Assembly: GCA_001661245.1 (NCBI GenBank)
Contig: KV454017.1
Span: forward strand, 961,903 to 1,025,902
DNA length: 64,000 nucleotides
From: Pachysolen tannophilus NRRL Y-2460
Taxonomy: Eukaryota
Reading direction: 5' to 3'
This document shows positions 44,101 through 56,050 of the stretch, piece after piece. The notes below the pieces were generated by a model, which saw only the letters and a program-made list of their open reading frames with translations, had not been told where the DNA came from and did no database searches. The position numbers and the translations under genes are program-made. Position 1 is the stretch's first letter. The number at the start of each line of letters is the position of its first letter.

Positions 44101-46095
44101 CACATTTCAAGATTTGTTAACCATTTATTACTTAACACATTGAAATATTTTCCTATTAATGACGAAATGTTTTCCAAATTATCGGATGTTTTGATATTGT
44201 CAATAGATTTAGTCAAGAGCTCGAAGGAACCTGAAGATTTGGAAAACTATAAAAAGTTAATAATATTATTATATGAGATAAATCCGGTATTATTCAGGAG
44301 ATCTTTGAGCGGGCGAGACAGTTTATTTATCGATAAGATATCGTTGTTGACAAGTATTGATTTTGATAGCTACGAAAGGAGAACTATAAAAGGAGGAAGA
44401 AACACCGATGAGAATGACATTGAAGATGAAGATGAACAAAACACGTCGGATGAGTTGATGACCATAGATGGAATGAAAGCTTCTTCATTATATGAAATGA
44501 CAATGATTCAACCCAAAAATATTCAGAGGCAAATATCCAAGGATGTTATTGGAAATTCTGCGTCGGGAAATCTTAATGACATGACTATGATTATGCCTAA
44601 TTTTATTAATAAAAGTAGATTGGCAAGTTCAAAAACTACAAATGATATAGCAAAGAAAATTGAAACAGTTCTAGCGGAGCAGGAAGAAGATTCTCAAGAA
44701 TATAAGGAGAGAGCCGGAATAGAAGAACCAATTAACGGAAACCCTGATAATGAGATTGAAAAAAAAGAAACTGTTGATCAGCCAAATTTGAATTCTATTA
44801 TGGGAAATGATAATGATTTAGAAATGGAGGAAAGTGGAAAATTTCAAGATCAAATAGCACCTTCAGATGATGATAATGACGTTGAAATGAGCGAGCATTT
44901 GATATTCGAGCACGGAGTGAAACATCATAATGATGCTACTACAGCTGTTACGAACTCTATACAACTGCTTGATGATAAAGTTGATTACGAAGGAGAACAT
45001 GTAGTTAGTGATCAAAAAGATGAAAAACTGAGTGTTTTATTTCAACCAAAAAAACCTAACTCAACAAACGCCGAATTGGTTAGCAATTTTGAGAATGTCA
45101 AAATTTCTTCACCTCCCCCTCAATCTCCAAGCCTGAAGACACAAGCCATAACATCTTCGAAGATTCAGGAAATAATTGATAAATCGGATCCGTTTTCAGC
45201 CGTTTCAAGTTCAAGTAGCAGATCTATCCAAATTTACGAAGATGAGGATGAGAAAGATGAAAAGAACTTTGAATTCCAGATTAGATCACCATTAGCCCCC
45301 TTAGATTTATCAGCTGAGGGCTCTGTTGACAAGAAATCTTGGTATTCATTTGAATCTGATAAAGTGGAGTTATTGAGTAAATATCAACGAACCCCAATCA
45401 GCGAAAGATTGTACGAGATTTTATTGGAGAAATTTTTGGCAAGTGCTGGTCTTTCTGATAAAGAGTTTTTAATTTTATTTAAGTATTTGAAGACAACAAA
45501 TAAAGTTTTGGATTTTTCAAAAATTTTTAAATTTTTTGAATTAAAAGATTTATCTAAACGGGATATACTTAATGGGTTGGTGTTGTTAAATCATACAGTG
45601 ATAACATCTAAGAATATCGATCAGCAAGATTTGAAAAAAACTTGGTTTTTGATTTGTATGAGTTTAATAAAAGTCGTCAATACTTTCGAAGAAGAATTAT
45701 ATTTTGCTCTTTTGGAGACTCGCAATGAGCTAATAAATGTTGACCCCAAAAGAATATTGTCATATTGTTTCTCTTTAGAATCATCAATTGCTGAAGGTGA
45801 TAACAAACAACGTTCGTTTTTAATGTCAACAATTTTAAGAATTTTACGCAGAAATGGATCTGAAGTTATTGGGGTACAAATAGATGAGGAAATTATATCA
45901 AATTTAGATCGTTTTTGCTTCCCTCATATTTTGGATAATGATGCTTTTGTAAGGAGAAATGCCATACTTATCTATTCAATCTTATTGAAAAAAATTAAGA
46001 CAGATACCGGAGATTTTGTCATATCAGATGAGAAGATTTTTAACAAATTTTCTGCTCCTCAGATTAAATTGATCGAGTATTATGCTGAAGCTTGA
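41149..46095 (+). CDS. STU1: CLASP-family microtubule protein Stu1, 2 exons (41149-41203, 41357-46095), 1597 aa
   Basis: Intron GTATGT 41204, TACTAAC 41305, TAG 41356 joins in frame; FKTHVKRDFV, HLVKRVSMQ, FNGKETEFNWSLRE, SLRTTLS..GCQL TOG-like motifs. Confidence 0.92.
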
Positions 46096-46351
46096 TTATC
46101 TCAGTTATACTCTTCTCTTTTATAGTTATCACTTATATAGCATAATCAAATGTATAAAATTTTAGCTATTTCTTAATATTTGTAAATGGAACTAACTGAT
46201 TTGCATTGCTAAATATATACACGGATCTCAAATTACTTTTGAGGAAAAGATGGATTAAAAATAAACGGCAAAGGCAAAGGCAAAGGCGAAAGAAAGAAAA
46301 AAAAAAAGAAAATGAAAGGAAAATGAAAATAAATGATTAATCTTTGAATAA

Positions 46352-47602
46352 TTATATGACCACTTCACCCTTATCGGCGAAAACAGGTTTGAATCCACCA
46401 TGAACATCATCACTTGGAACAATTGGGTCTAATGGTCTGTAGAGATAATAAGCTTTTAAAGCCTGTACTGCGGCTCTTACTTTAGCTTCAATCAACGATG
46501 CACCTTGACCTTCACCCAATTTTTCTTCTCCACTAAATACACCAACAACAAAGACTGGACTATTTGATAATCTACCAGTTTCAGCGATTAATCTACTTGT
46601 AGGAGTTTTCAAATTTTCTCTTTTGCATAATTTTGATAATTCCAAGATTGGTTCTGTGAATTCGAATAATTCACTTAAATTTAATTTTCTTGATAATATA
46701 TGATTTTTAATAAAATTTTTTGTTGCAATTGGACCTTCATGAGCATAATAACCAGCAACTATAGCACATACAGCATGAGAATATGCAGAAGCTCTATCGA
46801 TACCTTTATTATTTGTAAGTTCTACAACTCCATCTTCAGGGGAATGAAATGAAGGTTCATATTTTAATTTACCATAAATATATTCTTTAGGTTCATCAGA
46901 AAGAAATCTATCAACTTCACTTCTTGTTTCTTCTTCAATACCCCAAATTTTACCAACATCATATAATGAAAATTTACCAATATAACCATCAACAGCTGAA
47001 TTCAAAATTGAGATTGGTAATCTTGGATAATTAACCAATAAATATTCTGTAATATAATAAACTAATACATTTTTACCAAATACTGATAATCCAAAATTAT
47101 CAGCAATTTTATTTTCAATTTTTTTATTTCTACAAATTAAACATCTTGCAAGTGTTGAATATTTAAAACTTGAAGGTAATTCAAGTCTTGAATGTAATGC
47201 TAATAATGGTGGAGATAACTTTGCTTCTTCTTCAGAAATCTTGGATTCAAATGATATTCTTTCATATGAACCAAAATCATCCAATTTTTTAGGAGTCTTG
47301 TATATTTTTGTAAATCCATTTGAATTTTTTGTCAATTCTGGTGTTAAACTATGATCGATTTTAGAAAAATTCTCTTCCAGTATATCTGATACATTTGAAG
47401 ACAGATTAGTTGTACTTGCTGTTGATGATTTTGTTGTTGTAGACGTACTTGTAGAAGTACTTGTTGACGATTGAGGTGCTAATATTCTTATCGATGTACT
47501 ATATGATCTGAGCCAAAAAGACGAAACTAAACCAAACGCAGCAGCAGTAGTATTTCCCCTACTTCCGGAAGTTATCTGTAATACACGGCTCATACTCCCC
47601 AT
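46352..47602 (-). CDS. MRPL3: Mitochondrial ribosomal protein mL44 (RNase III-like plus dsRBD)
   Basis: SPPLLALHSRL, YSTLARCL, YPRLP, ILSRKL, RLIAETGRLSNSPVFVVGVFSGEEKLGEGQG. Confidence 0.92.
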   Translation of the reverse strand: MGSMSRVLQITSGSRGNTTAAAFGLVSSFWLRSYSTSIRILAPQSSTSTSTSTSTTTKSSTASTTNLSSNVSDILEENFSKIDHSLTPELTKNSNGFTKIYKTPKKLDDFGSYERISFESKISEEEAKLSPPLLALHSRLELPSSFKYSTLARCLICRNKKIENKIADNFGLSVFGKNVLVYYITEYLLVNYPRLPISILNSAVDGYIGKFSLYDVGKIWGIEEETRSEVDRFLSDEPKEYIYGKLKYEPSFHSPEDGVVELTNNKGIDRASAYSHAVCAIVAGYYAHEGPIATKNFIKNHILSRKLNLSELFEFTEPILELSKLCKRENLKTPTSRLIAETGRLSNSPVFVVGVFSGEEKLGEGQGASLIEAKVRAAVQALKAYYLYRPLDPIVPSDDVHGGFKPVFADKGEVVI

Positions 47603-47885
47603 AGTATTATATCAAAAAATAAAAAATAAATAATCCAATAAAACTAAATCTTCTCTTTATCTTTATCTTTATCTTGTAATTTTTCTATCCACCAAATAAT
47701 TGTTTAGTACTGCTTTGGTTTTAGTTTTGGTTTTGGTTTCTTTGAGCAAAAATTTTCGCTTTTTTTTCTTTTTTTGGTGCTGTTGAAGAAAAAATCACCA
47801 TTCCGTAGTGACACGGTGAAAAGTTTTTCCATTTTTTTTTTTTTTCACGTTGGCAGATTTTTTAAAATTCATTTTTTCATTCTAT

Positions 47886-47894
47886 TCACGTGAC
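47886..47894. promoter_or_regulatory. Cbf1-type site TCACGTGAC
   Basis: Full RTCACGTG consensus (minus strand) in the MRPL3/MFS divergent promoter; several CGG/CCG triplets follow at 47943-48131. Confidence 0.5.
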
Positions 47895-48217
47895 TTCCTT
47901 TTTTTTTTGTTTCTGCCAGAAACGAAAGAAAAACTACAAGCCCCGGTCAATTAAACTGAAAAGGGAAATTGCTTATCTCAGACACGACACAGGGGCGTTC
48001 TTATTTTTTTTTTTTTTTTTTTGTTTTTTTCCCCAGATCTCGATTCGGATAAACGTCCGGCTTATAACCGAGAGCTTGTTGTTTTCAATCAAACATTATG
48101 GGCCAAAAAGTAAAGAGATATAAAGGACCGGACATAACTATATAAATTTTTCATACATACAGTAGAATACAATACAATAGATATATATTTATTTATTTTT
48201 GAGGATTTTTATCAGTC

Positions 48218-49750
48218 ATGACAAACTTGATAACTTCTACAGTGAAGAATGTTTCAGGAGCTTTCTTAGAAGAGTTGGGTGTATCTACTTTACTTGAATC
48301 ACCAATTGATTTTAAATTAATAGTATTGATTAGGGCTATACGATTGTTTGCCTTTGGAGGAGTTTCTATTGTAATTGCATTATATTTAAATTTAATAGGT
48401 TTTAATGAAGGTTTTATTGGGTTTTTTTTCACTTTAACCATGATGGGAGATTTATTTGTTTCTTTTTTACTTGCAATGGTTGCTGATAAATGGGGTAGAA
48501 AAAGGGTAATGATTTGTAGTAATATTATTATGTGTATTACAGCATTTGTTTTTTATTTTTTCCAATCCCCTAAAGTTTTAGTACCAATGACAATTATAGG
48601 GTTTATTACACCTTCTGGAAATGAAGTGGGTCCATTTAGATCAATAGAACAAAGTGTTATTGCTTGTCTTGTACCTTTTGAACAAAGATCAGATTGTTAT
48701 GCTTGGTATAGTTTCTTGGGAATATTATCAACAGCTTTTGGTTCTTTCACTTCTGGTCTTTTCATTCTGTTTGCTAAAGATAAATTGAATTTTTCAGATA
48801 TTAGTTCTTATAAATTACCCTTTTTATTCTTGGCAATAGCTTCAATAATGATGCTGATCTTATCATGTATGTTATCACAAAATATTGAACTAATAGAAAA
48901 TCATGATGATCTCTCACAGGATATTGATGAAATTTCTGATTCTGAAGAATCACTGGATAGACGTTTCAATATCGAATTGGATACATTTGATGATGAACAA
49001 GTTCAAGAACATGAACCTGAAGAACAAGAAGAACAAACCAAATCTTTTTTGAAACACCCACATCAAAGACAACAAGATAATTCAAATTCATTTGAAAATC
49101 TTGAAAATCAAAGTCTTTCAACAAAAATTTCTTTTAAATTTAAAAATTTTAAAAATATATTGGACCCAAAATCTCTTGATTTTGTAATTAAAATTTCATT
49201 ATTATTTGTATTAGATACTGCTGCAAAATCATTAATTACAAAAGCATGGATCTCATATTATATTAAGCACAAATTTAATTTAGAACCTTCATATTTGGGG
49301 TTTGTATTTTTCATCCATGATGTATTATCAGCATCACTGGCACTAGTGGGGTCCTCCATTAGTAAACGTCAAGGTGTGATTTTCACAATGTTACTGACAC
49401 ATATTCCAACCATTTTTTTCAATAGTTTAATTCCTTTCCCAAAATCATTAGGATTGACTGTTTTCTTAATTTGGGGTAGAGCAACTTTCCAAGCAATGGA
49501 TTTATCTTCAAAACTGGTTTTCATAACTTCAAGTGTTAAACCTAGTGAAAGAACAGGTGTCATTGCATGGACAAATGTTTGTAGAAGTATAGGTCAATCT
49601 GCTGCTCCTACTGTTACAGGATTTTTCACCAACATTGGTATGCAATGGATAACTTTTTTAATTAGTGGATTATTAAGAGCATTTTATGATTTTGGTATAT
49701 TTATTAATTTTTGGAAAATAAGGCATCAACTTAATAAAGATAACTCCTAA
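48218..49750 (+). CDS. MFS transporter, YJR124C-like
   Basis: RAIRLFAFG, ADKWGRKRV, GFITPSGNEVGPFRSIEQS, VKPSERT; about 12 TM segments with an acidic central loop. Confidence 0.85.
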   Translation: MTNLITSTVKNVSGAFLEELGVSTLLESPIDFKLIVLIRAIRLFAFGGVSIVIALYLNLIGFNEGFIGFFFTLTMMGDLFVSFLLAMVADKWGRKRVMICSNIIMCITAFVFYFFQSPKVLVPMTIIGFITPSGNEVGPFRSIEQSVIACLVPFEQRSDCYAWYSFLGILSTAFGSFTSGLFILFAKDKLNFSDISSYKLPFLFLAIASIMMLILSCMLSQNIELIENHDDLSQDIDEISDSEESLDRRFNIELDTFDDEQVQEHEPEEQEEQTKSFLKHPHQRQQDNSNSFENLENQSLSTKISFKFKNFKNILDPKSLDFVIKISLLFVLDTAAKSLITKAWISYYIKHKFNLEPSYLGFVFFIHDVLSASLALVGSSISKRQGVIFTMLLTHIPTIFFNSLIPFPKSLGLTVFLIWGRATFQAMDLSSKLVFITSSVKPSERTGVIAWTNVCRSIGQSAAPTVTGFFTNIGMQWITFLISGLLRAFYDFGIFINFWKIRHQLNKDNS

Positions 49751-50875
49751 TAGATTTAAAAATTGAAAATTTTTCTTTAAAAAACGCAGAATATAGATAT
49801 TTCATCTTTTTATTTATTAAGAAATTCATATATATTATATATAGCAATTAGATTGATTATTTCTTGTTCAACTTATTTCGTTTATGTAAGTGTATGCATC
49901 TTTTTCATTTAAGCCGCTTGATTCGCAGATAAAACTTGTTAGATATTTTACAATATTTATTGCCAATGGGAATTAAATATTGGCGACCTAACCATGGTGT
50001 TTACTGGTGATAATCAAAGTTCTAGATAGATCTATCCAATTGGAAATAAAATTACGTATTGAAATTTACTGTAAATATTGATGAGAGTGGGTTCTTTTTT
50101 ACATTTATCTTTATCAAAAGTTGAGATTACCAATAGCTATCACGGTGATTTTTGTTCTTTTTATTTATTTTTTTGAAGAGTTTGGAGAACTCTTTTAGAA
50201 ATGAGCTTTGATTCTCTTTGAAAAATCTAACAAAGAGTTGTAATTTGGACTTTTTCTTTTTAAAAAAATGTTTCTCGAAGGGTATTGACCCATTTTAATT
50301 AGGTCTATAATTTGAAATGATAAGAATAATTTCTAATTTGTGTTTAGAGTACTAGCTTTTAGTCCTTACTTAAATGGTAAAGATGAATTTAGAATCGAAC
50401 ATTAAAACCAAAAAAACGATAGTATTATCGTAAGGAAATGGCCACCAAAAAAAAAAAATGATAAGTTTTCAAAACTCCAAAAAGCTATTGCATTGTAGAG
50501 AGGCTAACAATTAAATTTGTTAGTTTAAATGTGTCCTGTAGTCAGTTTCTGACCAAGTCAAAAAAAAAAAAGCGAAAACCTTTATCTTGATCCTAGGTAA
50601 ATCATTTTTCATGGCAAATGGATATCTTTTCAACTACACTTGTAACATCGTGTGTGAAGTTAAATTGAATAACTAGAGTAATTCACTACATATCAAGCTT
50701 TTATAGGGTCAACAAGAGAAATAAAATAATACTTTTTGAAATTGAGTATTTCGCAAAAAGGATACACAATGAAGAACCAGATATAGTTATCAATTTAATA
50801 AGAATTTGTTAGGATGTAAGAGTATTTTTAAATTACTAGGTAAGTTAGAAATCAATTTAGTAAAAGAAATACAGT

Positions 50876-50877
50876 AA

Positions 50878-50920
<43 letters not shown>

Positions 50921-50921
50921 A
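50876..50921. repeat. (AAAT)n microsatellite
   Basis: About 11 tandem units. Confidence 0.9.
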
Positions 50922-50936
50922 AGTCGATGCTGCTTT

Positions 50937-51348
50937 TTATTTTGACTTTTGATTACTCAGTCCAGCAGCTTCATTCCATCTCAAGACATCTTCTTCTTCA
51001 TACTCCAATCTAGGATTATAAACATATTTTTCTCCAAGTGCATACAAGACACCGGAACAAGCAGCAAAACCAACCAACGCAAAAACCGTATTCATCCTCC
51101 AATTTGCCGGAGTGAAATTCCAACCACCAGTTGGTGAAACAAGCCACTATAGCATCCCATTAAATAATTGTTAGTAATTCGAAACCTAACACTAGCCATC
51201 TAGCAGTAAAGCGATACAGCGGTATTATTTAAAAACATACTTTTGGTTGTACAAAGTTTTGACCAGACCCCTAATAAAAAAAAAATATTATTTTGTTAGT
51301 AATTATTAATACAAACTATTTAGCAAAATTGTAATTACGACATACCAT
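50937..51348 (-). CDS. Small single-TM protein, NUUM-like accessory subunit of respiratory complex I; 3 exons (51348-51346, 51270-51241, 51146-50937), 80 aa
   Basis: Two canonical GTATGT..TACTAAC..TAG introns give M|GSGQNFVQPK|WLVSPTGGWNFTPANWRMNTVFALVGFAACSGVLYALGEKY..DVLRWNEAAG. The PKxxxSPxGGWxxxPxNWxxN motif is as recalled for Yarrowia NUUM and fungal homologs. Confidence 0.82.
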
Positions 51349-51549
51349 TCTATTGATTCAATTACAATAGATTTCAAATTATAAATAAATAAATAAATAA
51401 ATAAATTAATGAATTAATAAATATATAATAAAGATTAATGGGTTTAAAATACCATTTATAGGCTTTATTTACTAGAAAAAAAAATTTTGGACGTGTAAAT
51501 AATTATCACCAAGTCATCATGGTAAATTACTATAGAATAGTATAGAATA

Positions 51550-52784
51550 CTAGTTTCTTTTTCTCTTTTTATCTTGATGATCTTGATCTGTATGGTTGGA
51601 TTGAGTGTCTTGTTTTGTATTTGGTTTGACTAGATCCGAAATTGTTCTCTTGAGTTTTGGTGATTGTGACTCTGTTTTAAATTTTTTTGGAGATTCACTT
51701 TTTCTAGATTTGTACTGATACTTTTCAGGTGATTTAGGTTCCTCCTTGGGTTCCTCCTTGGGTTTCTCTATTGGTTGACCTATGGGTTCCTCGATGGGTT
51801 CTTCTTTTTTAATATCTTGATTATTATTTTTGCGAAAGAAATTCATGATACCTTTGGTTTCAATTGTATCTTTTTTATTATCTTCATGTAATGGTTCAAT
51901 TAAATATTTTCCCTGACTTGTCATCTTACCAACATCTCGAGAAACTTTATACCATTCTAAATCATTTCCAGTATATGGTTTTAAACAATCAATCAATTTA
52001 TCTTTATCAAAGTTTTTCAAATTTGGATTTAACCATTTAGTAAATTCTTTTGTCTCTGGAGTTAAGATAATTGGCATTCTATCATGTAACCATTTTAAAT
52101 TATTTGGTGCTGGACCTGTTATTATTGTATAAGTATAAATTGGTTCATCTTTATCATCAGTATCTTCAAATTTGACTATATCATACATTCCAGCTAAAAA
52201 AATTAATTTATCATCTTTTCTCTTTATATAAAAAGGTATTTTTTCATTAATACTATTACCATTTTTTTTGGGTTGTTGAAGCCATTCATAATAACCTTGT
52301 ATTGGTATTACACATCTTTTAGTAGATTTAACCAGTCTCCACAATGGTGAATTTTTAGAAATAGATTCTAATCTTGCATTAAAAGTCTTGAATTGTGAAA
52401 TTGCATTCGATTTTTTTTTACTCCAAAATGGTATTAACCCCCATTTCATATATCGAATTAAATGATTAATAGTAGTATCATGATTTAATTTGAAAAAATA
52501 TACTGGAGCAGTTCTTGTTGGTCCAATATTATACGAAGCATAATTATTACCACCATCAACATTATTACCAAGATCCAGTTGAATATCGTTATCTATTCTT
52601 AAATTCTGTTGTCCAAAGTATTCAGGTAAATCTCGTGGATCCTAAAAACATTTTGTCAGTTTTATTATTCATTTTATTTTAAAATAAAATTATTGAAAAT
52701 TATTCAATTAATAAGAAGGAAAAGACAAAGATAAACCATATAGAACTAGAAACATACTACAGCCATTGCATATCTACCACACAT
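51550..52784 (-). CDS. SRAP/HMCES-family abasic-site processing protein, 2 exons (52784-52758, 52641-51550)
   Basis: Exon 1 MCGRYAMAV; intron GTATGT..AACTGAC..TAG; exon 2 SYNIGPT, MKWGLIPFW, TFNARLE, RCVIPIQGYYEW, WLHDRMP. Confidence 0.92.
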
Positions 52785-53041
52785 GACTCGTCGTAATCAA
52801 CCAATCTATCTGTAATATATATATATATATATATATAATATATTGATGTTATAAAGGGGAAAACGAAGCCAATTAAAAGTACCAATTTTATATATCATGA
52901 ATAGATTAAAAAAAAATAAAAAGAAAAAATTAAATAAATAAATTATAAAATCATCAATTTCTTCTAATAATTATAGTTGTTTTATTTAAACTGTTATAAT
53001 TGTAAAGCTTGAATAATAAGAGGTTTTAATCAGATATAGTT

Positions 53042-54655
53042 ATGTTGAGAATTTTTGCTGGATCCAGTATTAAGAAGAGGTTGAGGTTATCAGTGATTTC
53101 CAAAGTGAGATCAATTGAAATTGTTAGGTTTTCTTCTGATTTGAATCATTTTCAAAATAAAGCTGCTCCAGGATCGATTAATCCTCAGAATCCTCTGTAT
53201 AAACAGTATTATCAGCAGAAACCTCCAAGATCATGGACTAAGATTTTGTTATATACGATTACTGGATTAACTGTATCAGGTTATTTTGCTTATGAATATC
53301 TTTGGCCACATCATACTTTCCCTTCATCTGTTGCTAAAATATTGAGGAAAGGTTTATGGGCTGAAAGTGAGAAACAGAATCATGATTATGGATTAGCATT
53401 GAAATATTATAAGGAGGCATTAGAAGAATGTGATAAGTTACTACTTGATCATTATGGGGATGAATATACTGGTGTTCAGATAAAAATTGGTGAAATGTAT
53501 GAAAGACTTCATAAATTAAATGAAGCTAATCAAATTTATTGGCAAATTGCCACTTGTTATTTTGATTGTTTAACAAATAATGAAATACCTAAATCAATGA
53601 GAAGTCATATCATTCAAAAAGATTTAAGAATTATATTAAAATTGGCTCAATTGAATGGTGAAAATCCAAGTTTTGTTAAACTGTTACTTACATCACATTT
53701 ATTATTAGCACAAACAGAAATTAGAAATAAATGTCTTCAAGGTGATACAGTTGATACCCATGTTATAGATAGCTTTGATCAAACAGGAGAATCTTTTGGA
53801 AAACAACAAAATGGTTTAGATAAAAAAATTTTATCATCAGTTAATGTTGCTGATAACAACTCAATTGACGTTGATTCTAAAAATGGAGAAGTTGTAATAA
53901 CTGTTCCTGTTAATAGCGAGATTTGGGAACCTTTTAAAGATGAATTTTTTAATGCTAGAGATTTGCTTACTTCAATATGCATTGCTACAGGTGATCTTGG
54001 AATTGCTATTAATACTAAGATTAAGACTACTCATTGGATGCTCTTGGCTGGTTGCAGTCCAGGTGATATTTTAATATCACAGTGTAATTTAGCGTCATTA
54101 TTATACCTTGAAGCAGAAGAACTTGAAGTTAAAGAAGTTTCTTTGAAAAAAATTTTGAAAACCATTACAAAAGAAGAATTTGAAAAAAATTTACAAGATC
54201 AAAGAAAATTAGGATTGTTAAATTTTGAAGCATCTTCGTTAAGCTATGAAGAATATTGCCAAAATATTGAAAAAGAATTACAAGCAACAACTACAAGTAA
54301 GGAAAAATGCATAGAATTGGCATTACAGGCATATGAGTCTGTGAAAACTGTTTCAAAGAAATTAACACCACAACAACATAGAGAAAATCTGGAAGTTGGT
54401 GAATCTATTGCACTTTCAGCATATGGATTAGGAGTAGTTCATTTACATTTAAGTAATTATGAAAAGGCAGAAGCATTGTTAAAAGAGAGTATATTGAGAG
54501 CTAAAGGAAGTGGCTATGAAGAATTGATTGAAAATGCTGAGCGTGAATTAGCAAAATTAAATGAAGAAAAAAATAGCGATAAAAGTATCGAAACAAAGAA
54601 TCAGAGGGATGATAGTGATGATATTGAACTTGATATTCAGGTTATTAAAAACTAG
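53042..54655 (+). CDS. MGR3: i-AAA protease adaptor Mgr3 (TPR-like)
   Basis: Presequence, TM helix, WPHHTFPSSVAKILRKGLWAES, DEYTGVQIKIGEMYE, PFKDEFFNARDL. Confidence 0.85.
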   Translation: MLRIFAGSSIKKRLRLSVISKVRSIEIVRFSSDLNHFQNKAAPGSINPQNPLYKQYYQQKPPRSWTKILLYTITGLTVSGYFAYEYLWPHHTFPSSVAKILRKGLWAESEKQNHDYGLALKYYKEALEECDKLLLDHYGDEYTGVQIKIGEMYERLHKLNEANQIYWQIATCYFDCLTNNEIPKSMRSHIIQKDLRIILKLAQLNGENPSFVKLLLTSHLLLAQTEIRNKCLQGDTVDTHVIDSFDQTGESFGKQQNGLDKKILSSVNVADNNSIDVDSKNGEVVITVPVNSEIWEPFKDEFFNARDLLTSICIATGDLGIAINTKIKTTHWMLLAGCSPGDILISQCNLASLLYLEAEELEVKEVSLKKILKTITKEEFEKNLQDQRKLGLLNFEASSLSYEEYCQNIEKELQATTTSKEKCIELALQAYESVKTVSKKLTPQQHRENLEVGESIALSAYGLGVVHLHLSNYEKAEALLKESILRAKGSGYEELIENAERELAKLNEEKNSDKSIETKNQRDDSDDIELDIQVIKN

Positions 54656-54812
54656 GAATTTTATTTTATATTTTATTTTATTTTATTTTTCTTTTTTTAA
54701 TATAATATATCATCTGTATTTATTATTCCTCAAGGAAAATAAAATAAAAAAATTATATTACTAAGTACAAATTTTAATCTAAGATATAAAAGTAAATAAT
54801 AAAAGATTAAAT

Positions 54813-56050
54813 TTAACTTGAAGTCATAACTTGCCAGACACGGATGATGTTATCGGTGTAACCTGAGAACAAGTTTTGACCATCAGCAGACCAAGCTAAA
54901 GAAATAGCTTCTGGGTCCTTTGCTTTTGAAGAACCTGATGAAGCGAAATCTGGTTTTAATTCATCAATCAATTTTCTGGCTTCCAAGTTGTAAACCTTGA
55001 TGGAAGATGAAGTAGCAGCAACCAACCAGTATCTGTTTGGAGAGAAAGCTAAAGCATGGATTTCATCACCAGAGTTCAAAGTATACAAGGTTTTCTTGTT
55101 GGTCAAGTCCCACAAGATAATTGAACCATCTTTACCACCTGAAGCACATAAGGATCCATCTGGAGAGATGGTTAAAGTGGAGACGTAACCGGTGTGACCG
55201 ATGAAGTCAGCGTTCAAGGAGTAATCAGAGATATCCCAAGACTAAACATAGCAAAAAAAAAAAAAATGGTTAGTAAATGTCCAATGAATAAACAAATATA
55301 AATTTTCATTCTTTTTTTCATTTTTCCTTTTCTAAATGGGCCGAGTTCCTAAACTATCAGAGATCTTGGTGATATTTTTTGTGTCTCATTCGAAGCAGAT
55401 AGGCAACGTCTGAAGTAGCAAATACATAATACATCATATAGTATTTGCTCAGCCAAAAAAGAAAAAAGGAAAAAGAAAAAAAAAGGAAAAAAAAAAATGA
55501 ATAAAATAGTTTTAAAACTTACTTTAACTAATTTGTCCCAACCAGCTGAAATAACAGTTGATGGAGAATCTTCACTTGGTGAGAATCTAACAGCAGAAAC
55601 CCAATCGGAGTGAGAGTTCAAAGTTTTCATACATTGACCAATGGTGTTCCAGACCTTGATGGTCTTATCTCTTGAAGCAGAGACAACTTGTCTCGAGTTA
55701 ACAGCAATGGAAACAGACATAACATCACCAGTGTGACCAACAAATCTTTTTGTACATTGACCGTCATTCAAGTTCCATAATCTTAAAGTCTTATCCCATG
55801 AAGCGGAAAAGGCGTACATACCATCTGGGGAAATGGTACAATCTTGAACAATATGGGAGTGACCTTTTAAACATTTCTTAGCAACACCATAAGATTGTTC
55901 ATCTCTGGTCAATTGCCAAGTGATTAAAGTCTTATCTCTTGAAGCAGAAAGCAACAAATTTGGGTTAGCTGGTGTAGTGGCCAAAGCAGTGACCCAACCG
56001 TTGTGACCTTCTAAGGTACCCCTTAAAACTAAAACTTCTCTTTCAGCCAT
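54813..56050 (-). CDS. ASC1: RACK1/Asc1 WD40 40S ribosomal protein, 2 exons (56050-55523, 55241-54813), 318 aa
   Basis: [26 protein letters not shown], seven WD repeats; intron GTAAGT 55522, TACTAAC, TAG 55242 joins WDKLVK|SWDISDY. Confidence 0.97.
55353..55442 (-). ncRNA. SNR24: Box C/D snoRNA snR24 / U24 in the ASC1 intron
   Basis: Box C ATGATGT (55437-55431), guide TATTTGCTACTT then D' CAGA, C' ATGAGA, guide TATCACCAAGATCT then box D CTGA (55360-55357), terminal stem ACTA/TAGT; same host intron as S. cerevisiae snR24. Confidence 0.95.
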
